From an uncultured Gemmatimonadota bacterium (GTDB lineage Bacteria; JAAXHH01; JABIQT01): DNA of 64,000 nt. Every line of letters starts with the position of its first letter. The first letter of the stretch is position 1. The notes beneath the pieces are model-generated. The model did no database searches, had not been told where the DNA came from, and saw only the letters and a program-made list of their open reading frames with translations. The DNA lies in NCBI GenBank assembly GCA_964470965.1, contig CAYYIS010000001.1, forward strand, positions 79,247 to 143,246. Reading direction: 5' to 3'. Position numbers and translations under genes: made by a program. This document shows, in pieces, positions 56,480 to 64,000 of this stretch.

Positions 56480-58756
56480 ATGCCAAAATCATTAGTAATA
56501 GTGGAGTCCCCGGCCAAGGCCAAGACCATTAAGAAATTTCTTGGAAAAGATTTTGATATCAAAGCGTCCGTAGGACATGTACGCGACCTTCCGGAAAAAG
56601 GCCTTGGCATCGATCTGCACAATAATTTCAAACCCGAATACGTCACCATAAAAGGCAAAGAAAAAGTCCTGAAAGATCTGCGCAGCGCTGCAAAATCTGC
56701 GGATCAGATCTTTCTGGCAACGGATCCTGACCGGGAAGGAGAGGCCATCGCCTGGCATGTTGCGAGCCAGCTAGGTAAACGGAAAGAGGCCGTGGGCCGG
56801 GTCCTGTTTCATGAGATTACGGCACAGGCGGTCCGAACCGCCATCGAAACACCTTCGCCGATCGATGAGAAAAAGGTAAACGCCCAGCAAGCTCGGCGGG
56901 TGATGGATCGTATCATAGGGTATCAGGTAAGTCCGTTTCTTTGGAAAACCATCGCCGGAGGGCTGGCCGCAGGGCGTGTACAGTCAGTCGCTCTGCGTCG
57001 TATCAATGATCGGGAAGCCGAGATTAACGCCTTTGAGGCGGAAGAATACTGGTCGATCACAGCCTTGGTGCAGGGCGAAAAAGGTGATCCGTTCCCGATG
57101 AAGCTTTTTAAGGTCGGCTCGAAAAAAGCCGAAATTTCAGACGAGCAGACCGCTGCCGCGCTGGTCGATGCCATTCGGATGCAACCGCTTATCGTGGACA
57201 GCATCAAGAAAAAAGAAATGCAACGGCATCCAGCGCCACCGTTCATCACGAGCACCCTCCAACAGGACGCGGCTCGCCGCCTCCGGTTTTCCGCCCAAAA
57301 AACCATGATGATCGCCCAGCAGCTCTATGAAGGTTTAGAGGTGGGAGAGGAAGGCAGTACCGGCCTGATAACCTATATGCGGACAGATTCTACACGCATC
57401 GCGGATGAAGCGATCAACGGTGTTCGGTCTTATATAGGTGATGAATATGGCAAAGACTATGTGCCGACCCGACCCAGGGTTTTCAAAACGAAAGCCGGCG
57501 CCCAGGACGCGCATGAAGCCATCCGGCCGACTTCGGCTCAACTTGTTCCCTCCAATATCAAGAGTGATCTTACAGATGATCAACTCAAGTTGTACGAGCT
57601 TATCTGGTGCCGGTTCGTGGCGTCCCAGATGAAGTCCGCAGTGTTCGACGTAACGACCGTAGACGCATCCGCCGGAAACCACTTGTTTCGGGCCACGGGA
57701 TCCACGCCGAGATTCGCCGGCTTTTTGAAAGTCTACGGAGAAGTAGCGGACGAAGATGCAGAGCAGGAGGACAACAACGCAGTGCCCCCGCTTCAGGAAA
57801 AAGAACGGCTCTCATTGCAGGAACTGACGCCCAAACAACATTTCACACAGCCGCCGCCTCGTTACACAGAAGCGACGTTGGTAAAAGAGCTCGAGGCCAA
57901 GTCCATCGGTCGGCCCAGTACTTACGCACAGATCATCAGCACCCTGCGCATGCGAAAGTATGTTACGATAAAGCGGGGACGCTTCATGCTTACAGAGCTG
58001 GGAACGGCGGTTAACAAGATCCTGGTGCAGGCATTTCCCAATATATTCGAAGTGGCTTTCACGGCCAAAATGGAAGATGCACTAGATAGGATAGAGACCG
58101 GGGAACTGGACTGGGTAGGTACATTGACCGATTTCTACGAGCCCTTTAGCATCCGGTTGCAGGAGGTGAACGCACAGCGTTCCGAGTTGAAGCAGACGCT
58201 GATAGAAAAGACGGACGAAGTCTGTGAGAAATGTGATAAAGAGATGATCGTCCGCTGGGGACGCAACGGTCGGTTTCTGGCCTGTTCCGGTTATCCTGCC
58301 TGTAAGAACACCAAACCCCTCGAAGCCTCCGATCCCGAGATGCAGCAGACCAAGGAGGTCTGTGATAAATGTAGTTCGGCTATGGTCGTCAAAAAAGGCC
58401 GTTTCGGCGCCTTTTTGGCCTGCAGCGCCTATCCGGAGTGCAAACGTACTCGTCCGATCAGCCTGGGCATAACGTGTCCGGAAGACGGATGCGGCGGTTA
58501 TATGACGCGTCGCCGCTCACAGAAAGGGCGTACGTTCTACGGATGCAGTAACTATCCTGACTGTAAGTTCGTCGTATGGGATCAGCCGGTTGCAGGAACT
58601 TGTCCCGCCTGCGGATTGAAGATGATGGTCGAAAAGACCGATAAATCCGGCAACACGACGCATCAGTGCCCCCAATGCAAATTCCGAACTCAGGCAGTGG
58701 AGACTGCGGAAGACGCGAATGAGGCGCAGCCGGCCATAGCGCCCCAGTCAGTCTGA
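56480..58756 (+). CDS. topA: DNA topoisomerase I
   Basis: TOPRIM N-terminus (LVIVESPAKAKTI, ATDPDREGEAI), active-site region YMRTDS, four C-terminal C4 zinc ribbons. Confidence 0.96.
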   Translation: MPKSLVIVESPAKAKTIKKFLGKDFDIKASVGHVRDLPEKGLGIDLHNNFKPEYVTIKGKEKVLKDLRSAAKSADQIFLATDPDREGEAIAWHVASQLGKRKEAVGRVLFHEITAQAVRTAIETPSPIDEKKVNAQQARRVMDRIIGYQVSPFLWKTIAGGLAAGRVQSVALRRINDREAEINAFEAEEYWSITALVQGEKGDPFPMKLFKVGSKKAEISDEQTAAALVDAIRMQPLIVDSIKKKEMQRHPAPPFITSTLQQDAARRLRFSAQKTMMIAQQLYEGLEVGEEGSTGLITYMRTDSTRIADEAINGVRSYIGDEYGKDYVPTRPRVFKTKAGAQDAHEAIRPTSAQLVPSNIKSDLTDDQLKLYELIWCRFVASQMKSAVFDVTTVDASAGNHLFRATGSTPRFAGFLKVYGEVADEDAEQEDNNAVPPLQEKERLSLQELTPKQHFTQPPPRYTEATLVKELEAKSIGRPSTYAQIISTLRMRKYVTIKRGRFMLTELGTAVNKILVQAFPNIFEVAFTAKMEDALDRIETGELDWVGTLTDFYEPFSIRLQEVNAQRSELKQTLIEKTDEVCEKCDKEMIVRWGRNGRFLACSGYPACKNTKPLEASDPEMQQTKEVCDKCSSAMVVKKGRFGAFLACSAYPECKRTRPISLGITCPEDGCGGYMTRRRSQKGRTFYGCSNYPDCKFVVWDQPVAGTCPACGLKMMVEKTDKSGNTTHQCPQCKFRTQAVETAEDANEAQPAIAPQSV

Positions 58757-58788
58757 CAAAAGGAAACTCCCATTTCTCCGGGGTTCAC

Positions 58789-59694
58789 ATGTTAATACAA
58801 GATCTTATCGTTAGATTTCTGGATCATTTGGAGATCGAACGTAATTATTCAGCGCATACCCGCCAGGCGTATACGCGCGATCTCAATCAATTTTCGGAAT
58901 TCCTCCACGCCCGATCCGATGATGAGGGGCTGGTGCATCCCGGGCAGATAGATAAATCAGCCATTCGTAGTTTTCTAGGTTACCTTAATCAGAAAAGCTA
59001 TTCCAAACGGACCGTAGCGCGCCGCTTTGCCGCGATTCGGTCCTGGTTTCACTATTTGCACCGAGAGAGTATCATTACTTCAAATCCGACGCTGTACCTG
59101 ACCTCCCCCCGGTTGGACCAACGACTACCCAAGTTTTTGGACCAGTCCCAAATAGAGACGCTCATGGATCTGCCGGACCGTACAACGGTACTCGGCACGC
59201 GGGACGCCGCACTCATTGAGCTTCTGTATGGAACCGGAATGAGACTGTCCGAGCTGGTTGATCTGAACGTACAGTCCGTGGATTTCACCGGTGAACGGAT
59301 ACGGGTGCTGGGCAAAGGGGAGAAGGAGCGAATCGTGCCACTGGGAGGGCATGCCCTTGCCGCACTGCAGGTCTACATTCAAACAAGGGAAAATCTGCTG
59401 AAAAAGGGACGTAAAACGGAAACATCGCTCTTCGTCAACCAGCAGGGCAAACGGCTGACAGGCCGTGGAGTCCAGAAAATCCTTGACCGGTATGCTATGG
59501 AAATTGGCGAGGAACATCTTAGCCCTCATACACTCCGGCACACCGCCGCAACACACCTGCTGGACGCGGGCGCAGACCTGATCGCGGTTAAAGAGATCTT
59601 AGGTCACGAGCGGCTGTCGACCACTCAGGTGTACACACACGTTGCCCTCGACCGCCTGAAACGAACGTACGAGAAAGCACATCCGAGATCGTAA
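58789..59694 (+). CDS. xerC: tyrosine recombinase XerC/XerD family
   Basis: GTGMRLSEL, HTLRHTAATHLL, GHERLSTTQVYTHV catalytic R-H-R-Y residues. Confidence 0.88.
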   Translation: MLIQDLIVRFLDHLEIERNYSAHTRQAYTRDLNQFSEFLHARSDDEGLVHPGQIDKSAIRSFLGYLNQKSYSKRTVARRFAAIRSWFHYLHRESIITSNPTLYLTSPRLDQRLPKFLDQSQIETLMDLPDRTTVLGTRDAALIELLYGTGMRLSELVDLNVQSVDFTGERIRVLGKGEKERIVPLGGHALAALQVYIQTRENLLKKGRKTETSLFVNQQGKRLTGRGVQKILDRYAMEIGEEHLSPHTLRHTAATHLLDAGADLIAVKEILGHERLSTTQVYTHVALDRLKRTYEKAHPRS

Positions 59695-59732
59695 GGTATT
59701 TTTCATCTTATCTTCAATAATACAGTGGCCCA

Positions 59733-60276
59733 ATGAATAAAATCCGATATACGACGATTATCGGGTTAAGGGATGCAGAACATTTGATGCTCGGGAGAGA
59801 TGGACAGGTTTCTCTTGGGATACAGTGATGAAGAGGAATGCCAACAGAATCCAGCGAATATATGAGGACCGGGTGCTGACAGAGTTTGCAGGATCGCCAG
59901 GGGACGGGTTGACATTGTTTATACAGTTTGAGTCCAAACTGAAAGAACACCGTGGAAATTTGGTGCGGTCGGCGGCTTGAATTAGCCAAAGACTGGCGAT
60001 CAGATCGGTACCTGTGGCGCCTCGAGGCGCTTCTGGTGGTACTGGACGCGGGTCATTCTCTTGTAAAATCCGGTAGCGGCGATGTTATTGAAACGGATGA
60101 CGGAATCGTCGCAATCGGGTCGGGCGGTCCCTGTGCGTTGTCGGCTGCCCGGGCACTCCAGACGTATACGTCTCGCGGTGTCCATGCCATGGTTGGGGCG
60201 ACGTCAAAAAATCAATGCCCATCTCTGTGTCTTTACCAACGATAATCTTACCATAGAAGAATTTTTCAAAACGTAA
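59733..60276 (+). pseudogene. hslV: hslV (ATP-dependent protease peptidase subunit) pseudogene with three frameshifts
   Basis: HslV-like peptides occur in frames 0, 2, 0 and 1: TTIIGLRD..GRDGQVSLG / [50 protein letters not shown] / [38 protein letters not shown] / [13 protein letters not shown]. Total length is about that of a normal hslV. Confidence 0.88.
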
Positions 60277-60285
60277 TTGATTTAT

Positions 60286-60840
60286 ATGCAGATATTTACG
60301 TCAAAACAAATCGTTGAGGCGGTTGATAAGTATATCATCGGTTAGAAGCAGGCCAAGCGCCGGATGAGCACCGTGAAGAAATCATGCCTAAGACTCTCCT
60401 CATAATAGGTTCCACCGGAATCGGGAAAACCGGAATCTCTTGACGCCTGACCGAGGTCGCACCCGTACCTTTTATCAAGCTCGAGGCGTCGAAATTCGCC
60501 GAAGTAGGCTATGTCGGCCGTGATGTGGAAGCCATATCCTGCCCGAGCCGCGAAATCCGTTGATTAAGCGGTACACCGCGTTTCAGAAGATGGACGGTAG
60601 AACCATATCCTTCGTCAAAGAAAACATAAAAGAAATCGCGTTAACCGTTATGGCGGTAAACGATTCGCCTTAGAATATCAGAGCCCGGCGGTCCCATATG
60701 ATTATGACGACTCTTTTGGAGGATATCCTTTTCGCGGTTCCCGACGGCTATCCAAAACGTGTCCGATCACAAAATTTCAGGTTCAAAGTACGCTCAAGGA
60801 TATCGTTTCCGACGAAGACCTGAGCCGTTGTATCCTATAG
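60286..60840 (+). pseudogene. hslU: hslU (ATP-dependent protease ATPase subunit) pseudogene: nonsense codons, frameshifts and large internal deletions
   Basis: SKQIVEAVDKYIIG-stop-KQAKR (TAG where family members have Gln). Walker A remnant GSTGIGKTGIS-stop-[25 protein letters not shown]-terminal remnant NIRARR..MTTLLEDILF and DEDLSR.IL. Only about 555 nt remain of a gene that normally encodes roughly 440-450 aa. Confidence 0.85.
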
Positions 60841-60853
60841 GTCGATCCTGCCG

Positions 60854-62569
60854 ATGAATAGGTCCCTTCAACGTGACGCCTCGCTCATCCCGATCCTGTT
60901 GGCTCTGTCCCTTGCCTGTGCACAGGAGGGAATTCCGCCGGGTGGTCCTCAGGACACTTTCCCCCCGTACATAGTTTCCACGACGCCAGAAACCGGAAAA
61001 ACTAATATCTCCTCTGATGTATCACCGCGGTTTGTATTCAATGAACGTATGGATGAGCGATCGGTGGAGGAGTCTCTCTTTATTTCGCCCGTGATCCCGT
61101 TCGAGTTGGACGCCAACTGGAGTGGCACGGCATTCACCCTTCTTTTCGAACAACCGCTACTGGAGGAGCGAACGTACGTTATCACCATGGCATCCGGAGC
61201 ACGGGACGTCCGTGGCAACGCTATGACCGAATCGGTTGTTCTTGCCTTGTCCACTGGTGCAGAGATAGACCAGGGAGAGATAGCAGGCGTGGTTGCCACC
61301 GGAGGGCTCAGCGTGACCGGCGCTTACGTGTGGGCATATAATCTCCGCACGCCCGAAGACCCTAACCCCCGGATTAGGCTGCCGGACTATATCGGGCAGA
61401 CCGGTCAGGGTGGGCGGTTTAAATTTACCAACCTGTCTCCTGGAGTGTATCGAATATTCGCATTTTTGGACAGGGCGCGCGACAGACGCTACAGCGCCGG
61501 TGAGGATCCATTCGCCGTCCCCACGTCCGATGTCACGCTGACCCCTGGACAGACTAAAGTTAAGAACAGGCGTCTAGAGCTGGCACTTCGTCATACCGCG
61601 TCCCTGGCCCTGCGCTCCGCCCGGGCCGACCACCGGTCCCGTGTCGCCCTGCGTTTCAGCAAGCCGCTTGATTTTCAAAATATACCCAAGCCCGCTTCTT
61701 TCCGCATCGGGACACTGGATGGCGGAACCGCGCTGCCAGTAATCACGGCGTATCCGATGCCGTTGGATTCCTCGTCGATCGTCCTGGTCACCGCACCCCA
61801 GGTAGCCGGACAGAAATACAGGGTGACAGTCTCGGGCCTGAGGGACGAATCCGTCAATCTGCTCGCATCCGACAGTGTTTCGGCTTCTTTTTCCGGGAGC
61901 GGTGAGCCGGATGTGGTGCCCCCCTCGCTTGTACGTAGCGTACCGGCTGACAGCGCAGGAGATGTGCTGCTCGCGTCCGATGTCCGTTTCACGTTTAACG
62001 AGCCGGTGCGTGCAGACAGCGCGGCTATCGTACTGTTTGATCGGGATGGGCAATCGATAGAAGCCACGTTACTGTGGGTTGATTCCTTGCATGTAAGGCT
62101 GATTCCTGCAGCCGCGCTTCTTAGGGACGAGGCGTATACAGCCCAGGTGCACACAGGGCTTGTCCGGGACCGGGCAGGCAATACCATGAACCTTCCTGAG
62201 ACAATTCCAGACACGTTGAAGGTAACGTTTTACACTGTGGACCCCCAAAACTTCGGTATGGTTACCGGTGTTGTCACGGATGAAGCTCCGGATAGCACCG
62301 GTGAAATTATCATAACATTAACAAATGCGGAAGACGATGGGCATCGGTATCGCACTGTAGTCCCGTTCCCCGGCACGTATCGTTTCAATGCGATGCTGCC
62401 TGGATTGTATCTCGCCTTCGCGTTTCGTGATTCAGACGGAAACGGTCGTTTATCGCATGGCAGGTCGGTTCCTTTCCTGCCTGCCGAACGCACCACTGCC
62501 CGGGCGGACACGATCCTCGTTCGGTCCGGCTGGGAAACGGAGCAGGTGGACCTGGTATTTGACCCATGA
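60854..62569 (+). CDS. lipoprotein with repeated bacterial Ig-like (SbsA/Big_5-like) domains
   Basis: Lipobox LALSLAC. DTFPPYIVSTTPETGKTNIS..PRFVFNERMDERSVE and PDVVPPSLVRSVPADSAGDV..VRFTFNEPV repeats. Confidence 0.7.
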   Translation: MNRSLQRDASLIPILLALSLACAQEGIPPGGPQDTFPPYIVSTTPETGKTNISSDVSPRFVFNERMDERSVEESLFISPVIPFELDANWSGTAFTLLFEQPLLEERTYVITMASGARDVRGNAMTESVVLALSTGAEIDQGEIAGVVATGGLSVTGAYVWAYNLRTPEDPNPRIRLPDYIGQTGQGGRFKFTNLSPGVYRIFAFLDRARDRRYSAGEDPFAVPTSDVTLTPGQTKVKNRRLELALRHTASLALRSARADHRSRVALRFSKPLDFQNIPKPASFRIGTLDGGTALPVITAYPMPLDSSSIVLVTAPQVAGQKYRVTVSGLRDESVNLLASDSVSASFSGSGEPDVVPPSLVRSVPADSAGDVLLASDVRFTFNEPVRADSAAIVLFDRDGQSIEATLLWVDSLHVRLIPAAALLRDEAYTAQVHTGLVRDRAGNTMNLPETIPDTLKVTFYTVDPQNFGMVTGVVTDEAPDSTGEIIITLTNAEDDGHRYRTVVPFPGTYRFNAMLPGLYLAFAFRDSDGNGRLSHGRSVPFLPAERTTARADTILVRSGWETEQVDLVFDP

Positions 62570-62741
62570 AGAAATGAAAATTCCGGTTACTGGCCCGTTT
62601 TAATATTGACACCATATGGGTGACAGTCCATATTGCAGGGCGTTAGTTCGCATTATCGAAACCCATGATTTTATGTTGGACGCAAGATACTGGCATTTTA
62701 TTACTGCAGTTCCAGAAATGGTGATTAAACGGGAGTACGGT

Positions 62742-63599
62742 ATGAATTGCGCATTGGATGAAGTGGTGGACACGCTGAATAGAGACGGTGTAGTAACCGT
62801 AGAAGGGGTGTTTACCGACAGTGAGATGGATCAGTTCCGCGGGCACCTGAGACAGACGATCGACGAAGCCTCTCAGGTTGAGATGTACAAAGGCCGTCCA
62901 ACAGACAAACTTCTGGGTAGGTCGAACGATACGATCTGGTTGCTTTGGGATTTGTATGCCGTCTGCGAGGAAGGGCTCAAATTCACCCGTCACCCTGCGA
63001 TCCTGGCGTTTTTGGAGGCTGCACTAGGGGAACCGATAGTACATGCCAGCATGGGCACTATGTTCGATAAGGTTGCCGGCGGTGATGCGGCAATCGGATG
63101 GCACCAGGATACGTTTTTCATTCTCGTACCGCCGGAAGGGAAGGACATAAACCTGGATGATTACTGGCATCAGTTCGGGCATGTCAACGTGCGACCAAAC
63201 CAGATGAGATTCGAAGAGGATTATTATAAAAAGACCATCATCGTCCGTATTAACGTGGACCCGCAGACACTGCAGAACGGATGCATGCGCGTCATCCCAG
63301 GCTCGTATCTTGAAGGGCCGATGGAACTCAAAGGGGGGCAAGACGAATACCTGGCCACCCATGAGGCGGAGGCGATTGACTGCACTGCGGGGCAGGGTAG
63401 TGTAACGTTCTATTATCCGACTACGTTTCATGCCTCCTCAATCAGTACAGCGCCTACTGGCACCCACCGTTGTGCGGCGGCGCACCGGGTCCGGGCGCAG
63501 AACCTGAAAATTCCGGAATGGGACTGGCCTTCCGATTGGGAACCGGGATGCGTCCCGGCCATACCCGAATCCGGATTTGCGCTCAATCCATTTATATAG
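62742..63599 (+). CDS. phytanoyl-CoA dioxygenase (PhyH) family Fe(II)/2-oxoglutarate oxygenase
   Basis: GWHQDTFF (HxD) motif. ATG follows GGGAG. The upstream part of the 62616 ORF is probably not translated. Confidence 0.7.
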   Translation: MNCALDEVVDTLNRDGVVTVEGVFTDSEMDQFRGHLRQTIDEASQVEMYKGRPTDKLLGRSNDTIWLLWDLYAVCEEGLKFTRHPAILAFLEAALGEPIVHASMGTMFDKVAGGDAAIGWHQDTFFILVPPEGKDINLDDYWHQFGHVNVRPNQMRFEEDYYKKTIIVRINVDPQTLQNGCMRVIPGSYLEGPMELKGGQDEYLATHEAEAIDCTAGQGSVTFYYPTTFHASSISTAPTGTHRCAAAHRVRAQNLKIPEWDWPSDWEPGCVPAIPESGFALNPFI

Positions 63600-63620
63600 A
63601 CGAACCGACCGTTAATGGCA

Positions 63621-63659
63621 AACCCCACTCAAGTAAATCAGAGTGGGGTTTCTTTTTTG
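63621..63659 (+). terminator. rho-independent terminator
   Basis: AACCCCACTC-aagtaaatca-GAGTGGGGTT followed by TCTTTTTTG. Confidence 0.8.
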
Positions 63660-63699
63660 TACTATATGAACTGCTAACTAATCCTGATCGTTACTTGTT

Positions 63700-64000
63700 C
63701 TACCGCTTGTTGTTCCCGATATAATACATCGCATAGGATGGGGTCAGGCCGCTCCAGCGTCTGTCGCCGTATTTGTTGGGTATCAGACCCTTCAACCAGG
63801 GTTTGTTAAGGCTCGAATTGACAAGGTTATAGAGAAAGACACCTGCGGCATCTCGCGCCAGAATTTCCTCCGCGTTCTGGTACATGGCGATTCTTTTTCC
63901 TTCATCAAATTCCTGCGCAGCAGCATCCACCAGACGGTCGAACTCATCGTTCTGCCAGTCCTGTCGTCCGGATCCTGGCGGTTGTGACCGCCAGGGAACC
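63700..64000 (-). CDS. ABC transporter family-5 (peptide/nickel-type) substrate-binding protein, C-terminal fragment (5' end outside window)
   Basis: Frame is open to the window edge. ...NDEFDRLVDAAAQEFDEGKRIAMYQNAEEILARDAAGVFLY... is typical of the C-terminus of OppA/DppA-family binding proteins. Confidence 0.7.
   Translation of the reverse strand, partial: VPWRSQPPGSGRQDWQNDEFDRLVDAAAQEFDEGKRIAMYQNAEEILARDAAGVFLYNLVNSSLNKPWLKGLIPNKYGDRRWSGLTPSYAMYYIGNNKR

Noticed and set aside
1-64000. Window-wide look for CRISPR arrays, tRNA/rRNA genes, transposases, integrases other than xerC, and phage or defence-system genes.
   Set aside because: I saw no regularly spaced direct repeats, no T-loop/acceptor consensus (GGTTCGAATCC or its complement) and no transposase or defence-type domains in any listed ORF. 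XerC sits in its conserved housekeeping context (topA-xerC-hslVU).

Overview
64 kb bacterial chromosomal window. It is moderately GC-rich by eye, gene-dense (about 60 CDS) and mostly metabolic. I found no rRNA, tRNA, CRISPR array or intact mobile element. All family calls come from reading motifs in the supplied translations; no searches were run, and start codons are best guesses.

Gene content, left to right:
- (1-8 kb) Sulfatase fragment, MBL-fold hydrolase, DSD1-type D-amino-acid PLP enzyme, ribokinase, an HTH-REC regulator, NUDIX hydrolase, D-aminoacylase.
- (8.4-18.5 kb, minus strand) A complete N-methylglutamate (methylamine) pathway-like cluster: three glutamate-synthase-like genes (mgsABC-like), four sarcosine-oxidase-like subunits (delta, alpha, gamma, beta) and a type III glutamine-synthetase-like gmaS.
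- (18.6-24.5 kb) Class III aminotransferase, asparaginase-II-family protein, two M23 peptidases, sigma-70.
- (23.7-46 kb) A roughly 22 kb run of genes all on the minus strand. It contains two BMC-H shell genes (one fused to a Rho_N/HeH-like tail), LarA-N-like and FAD-oxidase genes translationally coupled to a RACo/RamA-type corrinoid activase, and a corrinoid methyl-transfer module (corrinoid protein, URO-D-family methyltransferase, an unknown internally duplicated protein, a small YWRDIP protein, a homocysteine S-methyltransferase-domain protein). It continues with hydroxy-acid dehydrogenases, FolE plus a tandem PTPS, a BMP-type ABC transporter, NrnA and a truncated Lys-less NifS-like ORF.
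- (46.2-48.3 kb) DUF2064 gene coupled to a SelA-like ORF that has lost the PLP lysine.
- (48.4-54.4 kb) A PVM-type (fucose/rhamnose, lactaldehyde) microcompartment locus: class II aldolase, AckA, PduL, BMC-H, three BMC-P, acylating aldehyde dehydrogenase.
- (54.4-64 kb) HU/IHF, AIR-synthase-related protein, smg-topA-xerC, decayed hslV/hslU pseudogenes, an Ig-like lipoprotein, a PhyH dioxygenase and a partial family-5 substrate-binding protein.

Most interesting candidates:
- A split, MetH-like corrinoid system with a non-canonical URO-D-type partner and an uncharacterised duplicated protein. It lies next to satellite BMC shell genes, and several of its proteins carry encapsulation-peptide-like helices.
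- Catalytically dead but intact SelA-like and NifS-like ORFs flanking the BMC locus.
- hslVU decay.
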